NCBI GenBank assembly: GCA_013361065.1
Contig: JABWAK010000005.1
Location: forward strand, 1 to 53,360
Source: Bacteroidota bacterium
GTDB taxonomy: Bacteria; Bacteroidota; Ignavibacteria; UBA10030; UBA8401
DNA length: 53,360 bases
Direction: 5' to 3'
Shown: piece after piece, positions 29,403 to 38,927 of the stretch
Layout of the letters: each line of letters starts with the position of its first letter
How positions within the stretch are numbered: the stretch's first letter is position 1
Notes under the pieces: generated by a model
What the model saw: the letters and a program-made list of their open reading frames with translations, nothing else
The model's database searches: none
What the model was told of the DNA's origin: nothing
Translations under genes and position numbers: made by a program

Positions 29403-29921
29403 TCATTGGATCTCAAGCTCTCTTCGAAATGGTCTAAAAAATAAAATTACAGGGATCGTATAGTAGCACAACTGCGCAATGAACGGCAGTCCTGCCAAGG
29501 CGGTCACACGCAGCATCACTGCCTTACGGAACTCCTCAAGCGGCCAGTCGCCCCAGTAGTGGAGACCGACGATCTTCCAGTCCCGCCAGAAGCAGAAGAG
29601 CTCCACCGGCACGAACATGAACAAGAGGATGGCAGACATCAGCAGCCAGCCGTCGCGCTTCATGGTGCGGACGGTCGTACGGAGGAATCCGGCAGCGGTG
29701 AGCAGGACGAAGGGATAGACACCGTAGGCGATCACGGCATGTTCGGCATACGATGCATACGCGGCACGTTCGGCCTCCGGATCCAGTCCGGCGCGGAACT
29801 CGATGGTGCCGAAGGTGAACAACTCCCCGATATGGTACCCTTTCATCCCCTGTGCATATTGCCAGACCGATGCACTGAGGAGGAAGAGCACGAGGAATAT
29901 CTTTGCCGGGACACGTTCCAT
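29403..29921 (-). CDS. Hypothetical membrane protein (about 4 TM)
   Basis: Hydrophobic segments; co-oriented within the run. Confidence 0.7.
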   Translation of the reverse strand: MERVPAKIFLVLFLLSASVWQYAQGMKGYHIGELFTFGTIEFRAGLDPEAERAAYASYAEHAVIAYGVYPFVLLTAAGFLRTTVRTMKRDGWLLMSAILLFMFVPVELFCFWRDWKIVGLHYWGDWPLEEFRKAVMLRVTALAGLPFIAQLCYYTIPVILFFRPFRRELEIQ

Positions 29922-29966
29922 AATGACCGAAAAATACGAAAAAGTACCGCTGCTTCCAATGTCCGT

Positions 29967-31010
29967 TTATCGGACGAACACTTTACGCACGCTGTGCTTG
30001 GGTTTGATGTCCCCTTTCCCCCGCACGATGAGACCGAGCGACAGATGCTCCGCCCGCACTTCGATGATCTGCATTTCACCCACCCGCTCCTCGCGCGTTC
30101 CCAGCACTGCACCGGTCGCCGGATCGGTCACCGGAACATTCCCGCCGAACACCGGCAGGAGATCGCCAACCGTCACACCGTCTGCCGAGCCGAGATTGAT
30201 GAAGACATCCTCATCGTCCACCATCACCACCGAACCGGTGATGAGCCGGCGCGAGAGCGCGAATGCGGTGTCGATCGCGGTCGTATCGAGCGCGATGGTG
30301 CCGGAGAGGACCGTCTGTTTGCTGACAAGCGCCGGAATGGCACGCTCCAGCCTGGTGCCAAGATCGTCCATGCACTGCAGCAATGCCTCGCCGATGATGG
30401 TGGACATGAACGCTTCCGTGCCGAACGCGATCTGGTCCAGGGCGAAATACTTGTTGGTCCGGTCGGTCTGCTTGCCGAACAGGGTCACGCCGAGCCCGCG
30501 GTCCTTCACGACCCCTTCTGCCGTCCCTTCATAGAGGATGGAGGTCCGCGAACCGCCGAACTGCTGTGCATCATAGAGCGTGAAATGGATCCGCACTTCA
30601 GCAGAGAACGCTTCGTATCCTGCCAGCTGCACTTCGGAGACCATGAACCGCGAGATGGAGAAATCGGTCACCTCGCCCGCCACGATGAACCGTGTGCGGA
30701 ACCGTTCCGATGCCTGCCGCATCGATTCGATCCGCGGCAGTTCGTCCTGCGCGATACCTTGTTCCTCCGCAAAGGAGAGCAGAGCTGCGGGGGGCACAAC
30801 GCCGGCCCGGAACCGCTGCTGCATGTAGGCCGCTGCGAACCGCGGCACATCCCTCCCGACCTTCCACGCGCCGTTGAATCCGGACCGGTCCTCGAACGGA
30901 AGGAACATCAGCAGCGTGTCTGCCGAGAACCGCGGGGCCGGGGATTGGGCATCGGCTGTCCGGACGGTGCAGAGGAGCAGCAGGACGATTATAATAGAGC
31001 GTTCAATCAT
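29967..31010 (-). CDS. Exported CsgG/TolB-N-like plus FlgT C-terminal-like protein
   Basis: Signal peptide from ATG 31010 (overlaps the namZ stop); LPFEDRSG N-domain; VFINLGSADGVTVGD...DPATGAVLG C-domain. Confidence 0.65.
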   Translation of the reverse strand: MIERSIIIVLLLLCTVRTADAQSPAPRFSADTLLMFLPFEDRSGFNGAWKVGRDVPRFAAAYMQQRFRAGVVPPAALLSFAEEQGIAQDELPRIESMRQASERFRTRFIVAGEVTDFSISRFMVSEVQLAGYEAFSAEVRIHFTLYDAQQFGGSRTSILYEGTAEGVVKDRGLGVTLFGKQTDRTNKYFALDQIAFGTEAFMSTIIGEALLQCMDDLGTRLERAIPALVSKQTVLSGTIALDTTAIDTAFALSRRLITGSVVMVDDEDVFINLGSADGVTVGDLLPVFGGNVPVTDPATGAVLGTREERVGEMQIIEVRAEHLSLGLIVRGKGDIKPKHSVRKVFVR

Positions 31011-32229
31011 AGAGGAGATATTTCTTCCGGACCGACATGAAAGCGGAGACCTCCGAGGTCCAGGATGCGATGATCGTTTCGGCTTTGACACCGGCGCTCA
31101 GCTGGAGGCGCACCTTGTCCGTCCCGGCCACCTTGTCGAACATCGCATTCCGGCTGGAATCGGCCAGAGTGAACGGATTCTTGTCCGGGTAGAGTGCAAT
31201 AAGCGTCTCGATGACATGCAGCTGCAGGTTGGTCAGATTCATCACCGACCGGTCGGTGATATGGATCTGTACGCCGGAGAGTTGTTTGCCGGTCTGTTTC
31301 CCATAGTATGGTTTGTAGCTGATGGGACGGAACCGGACGCCGGGAAGTCCTTTGGCATTCAGCGCTTCCGCCAGCCGCCGGCCGTTGATCCATTCCTGTC
31401 CGACCAGCTGGAACGGCATCGTATAGCCGACGCCGATATTCATCGTCTCCAGTTCACCGAGCATGCCGATCGCCGAATAATAGAGGGCCGATTCCATGTT
31501 CGGCACGTGCGGCGAGGTGGGGACCCACGGCAGTTTCGTATTCTCCCAATGCATCCACCGTTTCCACTGTTCCATCTTCACCACGGTCAGGCTGCACTGC
31601 ACTCCGTTCGCCAGCCAGCGTTCACCGTTCAGCATCTGCGCGAACTCGCCGCAGGTCATCCCGTACACGTACGGGATGGGATACTGTCCGACGAAGGAAC
31701 GGAACTTCAGGTCGAGGATGTTCCCTTCCACCCGCGCACCATTCAGCGGATTCGGCCGGTCGAGCACCACCACTTCGATCCCCTGCTCCGCCGCCGCTTC
31801 CATCACATACGCCAATGTGTTGATGTATGTGTACGAGCGCGAACCGATGTCCTGGATGTCGTACACCATCACATCGATCCCCTTCAGCATCTCCGGCGTC
31901 GGTTTGCGCGTCTTGCCGTAGAGTGAATAGACCGGAAGTCCCGTGGCGGAATCGGTGAAATTCTCGATCTTCGCGCCGGCAGTGACATCGCCCCGCACAC
32001 CGTGTTCCGGACCGAACAGCGCGACCAGTGTCACCTGCGGTGAACGCGCGAGCACATCCACCGTCGATTCATAGGAGGAAGTGATGCCGGTCGGATTGGT
32101 GACAAGACCGACCCGTTTCCCTTTCAGGATATTGAAATCAGACGCGGCAAGCACGTCGATCCCGCTCTTCACCTGAGCGGCAGCGAGTGTGCAGACCATC
32201 AGAAGTGCATACGATAACATTCTCATCAT
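31003..32229 (-). CDS. namZ: Exo-beta-N-acetylmuramidase NamZ (DUF1343) family
   Basis: GLVTNPTG, LFGPEHGVRG, SLYG, DIQDIGSRSYTY, VLDRPNP, GMTCGE, WVPTSP. Confidence 0.9.
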   Translation of the reverse strand: MMRMLSYALLMVCTLAAAQVKSGIDVLAASDFNILKGKRVGLVTNPTGITSSYESTVDVLARSPQVTLVALFGPEHGVRGDVTAGAKIENFTDSATGLPVYSLYGKTRKPTPEMLKGIDVMVYDIQDIGSRSYTYINTLAYVMEAAAEQGIEVVVLDRPNPLNGARVEGNILDLKFRSFVGQYPIPYVYGMTCGEFAQMLNGERWLANGVQCSLTVVKMEQWKRWMHWENTKLPWVPTSPHVPNMESALYYSAIGMLGELETMNIGVGYTMPFQLVGQEWINGRRLAEALNAKGLPGVRFRPISYKPYYGKQTGKQLSGVQIHITDRSVMNLTNLQLHVIETLIALYPDKNPFTLADSSRNAMFDKVAGTDKVRLQLSAGVKAETIIASWTSEVSAFMSVRKKYLLYD

Positions 32230-32271
32230 GACCTCTTTCCTTTCTCCGTTCAGCACGGAGGTTCAATCGAT

Positions 32272-33117
32272 TCAATGGTGACGGAAATTCTTCTCTCCCG
32301 CCGGTATGCGAACATTCAGACGGTTCTCCGGCAGCGGGACGGGACAAGTGGCATAATCGGTGAACACACAGGGCGGATTGTAGGACCGGTTGAAATCGAG
32401 AATGACCTTCCCCTCCTTCGGGGCGGCTGAATACAGGAAGCGTCCGGCACCGTATGTCTCCTTCCCGTTCGTCCTGTCCCCGAACACGAAGAAGAGTTCA
32501 TCACTCCCTTCCTCGATGGTCGGTTCCAGCCGGTATTCCTTCCCGTCAATGGTGAAGACGGCAACCCCCGGAACGATCCCTTCCTGCAGAAGATCGGGTA
32601 TCACCGTCGGGATCTCGATCGTCTTCGGCGTTGTGTATGCGATCCACCGCGCTTCGATCCTCCACTGCGGGTCGACCGGATACCGTTCGATGCCGGTGAA
32701 TGCCTTTCGTGCCGGTACATCTGCATCCCATACGCGCACGGCGAACCTCCCGCCGCGCTCGATGACGGCCGCTGCTTTGGGACCAACGATGATCTTATCC
32801 TTGTCCGGCGTCACGGTGTCCGCGCTGAACGGCTGACCGTTCAGCGTTGCAGTGCGCCCCTGCTCCACGCGGAGTATCACGACCGAACCGGAGAGTGTCA
32901 GCGTACCGACACCGGGGACCGTTTGTTCACCCTGCTTCAGCCAATCCAATGCGATCAGCGACACCCAGCTGTGTTCGCGTTTCAGTCCGTTGATGCGGGC
33001 ACGGTGCCACTCCTCCACCGAACGAAGATACGGATCGTCCGGCAGTGCCGGCTGTGCGGATAACGGAAGAAGGACAGTGAATAACAGAAGGAGAAATTTC
33101 ATAAGACTCATGGTCAT
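32272..33117 (-). CDS. DUF1684 family exported protein
   Basis: FGDRTNGKETYGAGRFL, LDFNRSYNPPCVFTDYATCP, IPAGEK. Confidence 0.88.
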   Translation of the reverse strand: MTMSLMKFLLLLFTVLLPLSAQPALPDDPYLRSVEEWHRARINGLKREHSWVSLIALDWLKQGEQTVPGVGTLTLSGSVVILRVEQGRTATLNGQPFSADTVTPDKDKIIVGPKAAAVIERGGRFAVRVWDADVPARKAFTGIERYPVDPQWRIEARWIAYTTPKTIEIPTVIPDLLQEGIVPGVAVFTIDGKEYRLEPTIEEGSDELFFVFGDRTNGKETYGAGRFLYSAAPKEGKVILDFNRSYNPPCVFTDYATCPVPLPENRLNVRIPAGEKNFRHH

Positions 33118-33138
33118 TTGTTCGTATGGAATGGCGGA

Positions 33139-33405
33139 TCAGTCGCGTTCTTCGATGGACCAGGTGCCGCTGATGCGTACTTTGCGCGGCGAGACCTCCG
33201 AGCCGACCGTGAAGGTGAGTGTCTGGCCTTCCACCTGTCCCATTCCCATCGCATCCCAGGAGGCAACGATGCCGTTGGCGGAGTAGAGTTTCACGGTGCA
33301 GCGTTTGGGATATTGCGTCGGTTCCGGGGTTGCCATCACGACCGCAGCGGCAGACATCAGCATGAGAATGAAAACGATGAGCATGGAACGGTAACGGCGT
33401 ATCAT
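33139..33405 (-). CDS. Small exported hypothetical protein
   Basis: Signal peptide, AGGAG ribosome-binding site upstream, 88 aa. Confidence 0.65.
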   Translation of the reverse strand: MIRRYRSMLIVFILMLMSAAAVVMATPEPTQYPKRCTVKLYSANGIVASWDAMGMGQVEGQTLTFTVGSEVSPRKVRISGTWSIEERD

Positions 33406-33426
33406 AAAAGGCTCCTTTCGGCGATG

Positions 33427-34248
33427 TTATTCGAATGAGAATCCAATGGTGCTCAGTTCACGATGTTGCGGCAGGAACTGTCCCCGCTCATCGAGTCCTT
33501 TCCTGTACTGCAGCGCGAAGCGCAGCAAGCGTCCCTGCTGCATCGGCAGTGTGCAGCCGAACTGCAGGGTGTTGGTCGCCGCGAATCCGGCATCCTGACG
33601 GAGCACGACATCCGCCGCGCCGAACAACGAGAGGAACCCGAACACCGAGCCGAGCGGCACCTTTCCGCCGGTCTGCAGGATCCACGGCTTGGAGAGCCGG
33701 TACCCGATCGTCATAATATACGCATAATCCGCGCCGAGATAGAACTGTTCATTCTTTCCCCGTTCATAGACGGCGAAGAGCTTCACATAATCCCGCGAAT
33801 AGGTGAATGCCTGCGTCAATTGCAGCCGTTCATAAGTATTGTCGCTCAGGTGATGGCTCGTATGGCCTGTGACGAACCGTGTGTACCAATCCTGCGCCAG
33901 CCGGATGTCCAGCAGCAGATAATCGACATAATAATCATTGGAGACCACATGGGCCTGTCCGTTCGGCCGGAGCTCGAAATGGACCGAAGCGCCAAGGCTC
34001 GCCTGCATCTCTGTGCCGAAGAGCGAAACGCCGAAGACCGGGATGATGCCCCCCATGGATGCTCGGACATTCTTAGTGAGGGCGATGTTCTCCGCCCGCA
34101 GCCGGTGCGCATGGGTCTCGGCGGCGAACGGTGAGATGTAGGAACTCTCCGGGAAGACCTGGAGCCAGTCGAACGGACGGAAGGACTGTGCCGGTGTGAT
34201 AGTATGGACGAGGATGAGAAGAAGGATGCTGCGGAGAACGGTACTCAT
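33427..34248 (-). CDS. DUF1207-like outer-membrane beta-barrel protein
   Basis: Signal peptide; HTSHHLSD motif; amphipathic strands ending GFSFE; ATGA overlap with tsaA. Confidence 0.6.
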   Translation of the reverse strand: MSTVLRSILLLILVHTITPAQSFRPFDWLQVFPESSYISPFAAETHAHRLRAENIALTKNVRASMGGIIPVFGVSLFGTEMQASLGASVHFELRPNGQAHVVSNDYYVDYLLLDIRLAQDWYTRFVTGHTSHHLSDNTYERLQLTQAFTYSRDYVKLFAVYERGKNEQFYLGADYAYIMTIGYRLSKPWILQTGGKVPLGSVFGFLSLFGAADVVLRQDAGFAATNTLQFGCTLPMQQGRLLRFALQYRKGLDERGQFLPQHRELSTIGFSFE

Positions 34249-35066
34249 AGCTGCTGCGTTTGCCAATGTGAATGGAATGCGATATGCGCCGCATGGTCAT
34301 GGATCCCCGACGCATCGGCGGCACGCAATGCGATCGCTTCCGGCGGATAACCGCTCCGGAGTTCACGGATGGTCACCGCATTCCCCTCCAGATGGAACAG
34401 CACACGCCACGACTTGATCGCCATGACGAGTCCTCCGGACTCCAGCTGCATGATGCGCCGGTAGGAATGCGGATGCGGATCGAACGAGAGAACATCGACC
34501 GCGCGTTCCAAGAGATGCACGCCGTGTTCCTTCTCCAGCCATGCGGCCTGTTCCGCCGCGAGCGGAGCGACGGTCACAGCATACGGCGCCGCCTCGTTGT
34601 GTTCCGCTTCCGCCAGCCAGCCGATCTCTGCATCCGGGAATGCTTCGGCATACGGGATGTACGGTTTCAGGTCCAGCACCGGGGTGCCGTCCAGCAGGTC
34701 CGGATTCTCCACGCGGATGGTCCTGCCGCTCACTTCCAGCAGCCGGCAGAGCGAGAGACCGATCGGGTTCGGCCGGTGCGGCGACCGGGTGGCGAATACT
34801 CCCCGTTTCGTCCTGCCGCTGCGGGGCGGCAATACTTTCGGCTTCCATCCGGCGTTCTGATGGAACCAGAAGATGATCCAAATACGCTCGAAACCTTCGA
34901 GATACTCCAAAGCCTGATCGAAATTCCTGTCCGGCAGCAGTTCGATGATCCCTTCGGTCGTCTTCTTGTCAGCCCCCGGCTGCCGCGGAGCATGCTGCTT
35001 CTCCCGGTACGGGGTCCGGATGATGCCGATCGGCTGAAGGATGAGCTGCGGCAGGTCCATGGTCAT
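34245..35066 (-). CDS. tsaA: tRNA (t6A37) N6-methyltransferase TrmO
   Basis: PIGIIRTPY, APRQP, GVFATRSPHRPNPIGLS, DLLDGTPVLDLKPY. Confidence 0.93.
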   Translation of the reverse strand: MTMDLPQLILQPIGIIRTPYREKQHAPRQPGADKKTTEGIIELLPDRNFDQALEYLEGFERIWIIFWFHQNAGWKPKVLPPRSGRTKRGVFATRSPHRPNPIGLSLCRLLEVSGRTIRVENPDLLDGTPVLDLKPYIPYAEAFPDAEIGWLAEAEHNEAAPYAVTVAPLAAEQAAWLEKEHGVHLLERAVDVLSFDPHPHSYRRIMQLESGGLVMAIKSWRVLFHLEGNAVTIRELRSGYPPEAIALRAADASGIHDHAAHIAFHSHWQTQQL

Positions 35067-35117
35067 CCCTTCAAACGTGCGGGGGACCGGTGAAAGGAAC
35101 GGTTCGTCATGGCCGGC

Positions 35118-36374
35118 TCAGAACTTGTACTTATACGACAGGGAGAGTGAATAGACATCCATGTACGTGCCGCGTCGGTAGGACAATTCCTGCCGGGAAT
35201 AATCGGCCGATGCGGTGACGGAGGAGAACGGATCGAACAGGTACTGGATGCCGCCCCCGATGCCGGTGGAGCCGATATTATAGATGGCCGCGCCGGCCGA
35301 ATCGATGAACCGGTCCTCATCCGGCGAGACGCCGCCGCCGGCCTTCCCGAAGAGATAGTTGCCGTCGCCGAAGTACCACCGCGTGGTGAGCGAGACGGAC
35401 CGCGAGAAGCTGAAATCCCCCGGCGTGATGTAGGTGCGGAGCGAGATCCAGTAATTACCGACGTAGTATCCGACCGAACCGGTGTAGATGTTCACCGGTG
35501 CCGGATCGAAATAGAGATGACGTGAGCCGATCGATGCCTCGAAACTCGCAGGGAGTGAGAAAAAGAGTTCGAGCCCGATACGATGCGCTGGGAACAGGAC
35601 CGCACCGGCGGTATCGGCATACCCGTAATTCACATACGCATACACGCCGCTCATGATGGACGGATACGCCTCCACCTCATACTGTAGTTTGGTCTTCCTC
35701 CTCCGGTCCGCCATATTGATCCGTCCGATCACCGTGCCGTAGCGGGTGGAACGGCTGTACTGCAGCGCAGCGATCTGATTGGGCCGGGGACTCTCGGAGG
35801 TCCAGTCGTACGAATAGGAGATGCCGGCGCTGTTCAGGATCCCTTTGGTGGAAATCGACTCGCGTAGCGGCTCGATCTCCGGATTCGAGCGGTTGATCTC
35901 CTCGAGGATGGAGATCGTCAGCAGCGCTTCCTGGTCCATATTCAGCGCCCGGTAGATTCTCACCTTCTTTACCAGCAGTGCCTCATCGTTCGGGAAGAAC
36001 CGGATCGCTTCATTGCAGAGTTTCAGCGCTGCGGTGTATTTGTCATCCCACATCTCCACATCGATCGCAGCATCATAGGCATCCCGGTATCCTTTCTTGT
36101 TCGCGATGACCGTCGCCAGTTCCTCGCGCGCCTCCCTCCTCCTCCCGTCCCAGGCATAGGTCCGGGCGAGCAGGATACGGATATCGGCATATGACGGACT
36201 CTTCTCTAGCGCCTTCCGCAGAAGGATCCGGGATGAATCCCGCTGCCCGGCAAAGGCAAGGTCACGGCCGCGCAGGAAGAGTTCCTCGGCACCGAGGGAA
36301 TCGAGCGGGGTCTGCGCGCATACCGGAACGGCAGCAGCGAAGGACAGAAGCAGCAGGGTCAGACGCATCGTCAT
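35118..36374 (-). CDS. TPR plus YaiO-family outer-membrane beta-barrel (polysaccharide export porin-like)
   Basis: Signal peptide; N-terminal TPRs (LLARTYAWDG); barrel motifs QYEVEAYP, YAYVNYGY, LFPAHR, YTGSVGYYVGNYW; C-terminal YKF. Confidence 0.85.
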   Translation of the reverse strand: MTMRLTLLLLSFAAAVPVCAQTPLDSLGAEELFLRGRDLAFAGQRDSSRILLRKALEKSPSYADIRILLARTYAWDGRRREAREELATVIANKKGYRDAYDAAIDVEMWDDKYTAALKLCNEAIRFFPNDEALLVKKVRIYRALNMDQEALLTISILEEINRSNPEIEPLRESISTKGILNSAGISYSYDWTSESPRPNQIAALQYSRSTRYGTVIGRINMADRRRKTKLQYEVEAYPSIMSGVYAYVNYGYADTAGAVLFPAHRIGLELFFSLPASFEASIGSRHLYFDPAPVNIYTGSVGYYVGNYWISLRTYITPGDFSFSRSVSLTTRWYFGDGNYLFGKAGGGVSPDEDRFIDSAGAAIYNIGSTGIGGGIQYLFDPFSSVTASADYSRQELSYRRGTYMDVYSLSLSYKYKF

Positions 36375-36427
36375 GTTCGTAGTCCTCAGTGTGGATCGTG
36401 TTGGACCGGCCGGTACGGTACCGGCGG

Positions 36428-38917
36428 TCAGCGGAATGAACCGCTGTCGTATTTCTCTTTCAATTCCTTCGCTTCGGCATACGCGGGCGATGACGGGGTC
36501 CGGAGGATGCCTCCCAGTTCCGCCAGCGCTTCGGAATCACGGTCCATGGCGAAATGGATCCGTGCTTTCATCACCTGCGCGAACGGATCCCGGGGCATGA
36601 GCGCGATGGTGCGGTCGATGTACCGCAGCGCCTGCTCATTATTGCCGTTCCAGAACTCCACCCGGGAGAGCCCGAAGTACGCATCGGCATAGCCCGGAGC
36701 ACGGCGGACGATCTCATCATACTCCCGGCGTGCATCCTCGAACCGGCGCTCCCACGCATAGGTGCCGGCCATCAGCAGCCGCACATCGTGATAATCCGCA
36801 TCGATGGTGAGCAATTTCCGGCAGATGACCCGGGCGTCGGCATAATGGCCGGAGAAGGCCGTATCGCGTGCCAGGGCATAGAGTTGGTCTGTGTTCCGCT
36901 TCCACGAATCGATCACCAGGAAGAGGGAATCATCATGCACGGTCTCCGGGATCCCGACCGGTCGGTTCACCGACGGCAGCAGCCGGTTATGAGCCGTGAC
37001 GATATCATTCAATCGGATGAATGCATCACGTTCCGACCGGAGACGGTCGCGGAGCGTGTCGATCGACACTTCCTCCGCATAGAGTCTGGTGTTCAACCGG
37101 AAAAGCCGGTCCCCGGAGAGGAAATACTCCCCGTCGATATAATCGGAGATCTCCCCTTTGAACGGCATGAACGCACGTGAACGGAGGTTGCGGAATCCGG
37201 ATGCCGTATCCATCGCCGTACCGATCCAATGCTGCAGCGGCGGGAAGGTGAGCTGATACCGCTGATGCAGATGACCGAGGAGTGTCGGAACGAGATCGGC
37301 ATGCGTGGAGACCGATGCGAAGACGGCGGGACGCGACACCATCGGCGAAGCGATGATCATTGGCACCCGGTACCGGTCGATCTTCGATTCCATCGGTACC
37401 GGGATCAGCCGGTGGTCGCCGGTGATGATGAAGATGGTGTTCGCATACTCGGCGCGCTGTCGGTACGCGGTGAAGAAGGAACGGAGCGCATCATCGGTAT
37501 AGAGCAGTGCCGTGAAGATCTCCTCATGCTGGGAGAACCGGCGCCGGAACTCCTCCGTACGGTCCGGTGCGGCCGCGATCCGTTCTGCCAGGGCACGGTA
37601 CCGGTCTGCTTCCGGCACCAGGAACGGCTCATGCGTGGAGAGGGTCATGTACACATCCAGCCGCGGCGCACTGCTTCCCGTGCCGATGATCTCCAGCGAC
37701 CGGCGGAAGAGGTCCGCATCCGCGAACCCCCAGGTGAACCCTTCCTTGTTCTGCGGCGACCGTTCGTACGGCGGCGGGAAATCCTTGTCCGAGACGATCC
37801 GGTCGACTCCCTGGCGTTCCAGGAACAGATCCTGCTGGTCGAAGCCGATCGTGCCGCCATAGAAGTACGATGTCCGGTAGCCGTTCTGACGCAGCAGTGT
37901 GAAAAGGGAATGATGGTCGGGCATCCCTTCCCTCAGTTCCAGGAACCCCTGCCGTCCGAACGGCAGGGAGGCCGTGAGCGACGGCAGGACACCGAAGGTG
38001 CGGCCGGTCGTGCTGAGCATATTCTTCCAGTAGAGGTTCGATGCCGCCAGCGAGTCGAGGAACGGTGTGAACCCGCTGTAGTTCCCTCCTGCAACGAATG
38101 CACTCCCCAGTCCTTCTATCATGATGATCACGATGTTCGGCCGGGCATCACGCTGCGTGAGGAACGGACCGAGCACGTCGATGAACTCGGATTCCCGGAG
38201 CAGAGGATATTCATCGGATGAGTATCCGGTCCCTCCGGTCATCACCCGCCACAGGTACCCTCCCGCACTCTCTGCGAAGACCGCCGGTTTGTTCTGCACC
38301 ACGGCATGCACTGTCTCCGATCCGAATGCATCGGACGCCGGCATCAGGAGCGGCCGCAGCGGGACCGCAGCGGCACAGGCGATGTAGAATGCGACGATCA
38401 TGGGACGGGGGGACGGCAGCCGGCGTGCTGCCCACGGCAGCAAGAGCATCACCGCGATCACCATGATGATCCCGCCAACTGCAAGAAGATCGAGCCCGCC
38501 GGACGCTGTGACGGTCTCGGTGATATCACTCCAGGAATAACCGAAGAGATCAGCACCGAGCGGCACCAGCGTCATGCTGAAATACTGGGAGAGACCGACC
38601 GAGACGGCGGCGATGACGGACAGCAGGATGGTGTGGACCCGCAGCGCGGCGCGGTCTCCGAAGAACTGCGACAGCGTCAGGTACAACATTGTGAGGACGA
38701 ACAGAAGCGGACCCCAGGTCAACAGGTCCACGCGGACGATCTGCAGGACCAGCGGGAATACTGATGTGCCCTCCGGCAGCGCACCGGAGACGCGGATGAG
38801 CTCATAGGTCCGGATCACGGAAAGGACGAACAGAGCGAACACATTCACCATCACGTACGGATGGGATCGGTACAGCACGCTGGTGGCAATGGAGGAAATG
38901 GATGGACGATCACTCAT
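36428..38917 (-). CDS. LTA synthase (LtaS)/alkaline-phosphatase-superfamily phosphotransferase with C-terminal TPR domain
   Basis: About 5 N-terminal TMs; NIVIIMIEG, GRTF (catalytic Thr position), STHEPF, YTDD, ITGDH; TPR tail. Confidence 0.85.
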   Translation of the reverse strand: MSDRPSISSIATSVLYRSHPYVMVNVFALFVLSVIRTYELIRVSGALPEGTSVFPLVLQIVRVDLLTWGPLLFVLTMLYLTLSQFFGDRAALRVHTILLSVIAAVSVGLSQYFSMTLVPLGADLFGYSWSDITETVTASGGLDLLAVGGIIMVIAVMLLLPWAARRLPSPRPMIVAFYIACAAAVPLRPLLMPASDAFGSETVHAVVQNKPAVFAESAGGYLWRVMTGGTGYSSDEYPLLRESEFIDVLGPFLTQRDARPNIVIIMIEGLGSAFVAGGNYSGFTPFLDSLAASNLYWKNMLSTTGRTFGVLPSLTASLPFGRQGFLELREGMPDHHSLFTLLRQNGYRTSYFYGGTIGFDQQDLFLERQGVDRIVSDKDFPPPYERSPQNKEGFTWGFADADLFRRSLEIIGTGSSAPRLDVYMTLSTHEPFLVPEADRYRALAERIAAAPDRTEEFRRRFSQHEEIFTALLYTDDALRSFFTAYRQRAEYANTIFIITGDHRLIPVPMESKIDRYRVPMIIASPMVSRPAVFASVSTHADLVPTLLGHLHQRYQLTFPPLQHWIGTAMDTASGFRNLRSRAFMPFKGEISDYIDGEYFLSGDRLFRLNTRLYAEEVSIDTLRDRLRSERDAFIRLNDIVTAHNRLLPSVNRPVGIPETVHDDSLFLVIDSWKRNTDQLYALARDTAFSGHYADARVICRKLLTIDADYHDVRLLMAGTYAWERRFEDARREYDEIVRRAPGYADAYFGLSRVEFWNGNNEQALRYIDRTIALMPRDPFAQVMKARIHFAMDRDSEALAELGGILRTPSSPAYAEAKELKEKYDSGSFR

Positions 38918-38927
38918 AGACAAAACA

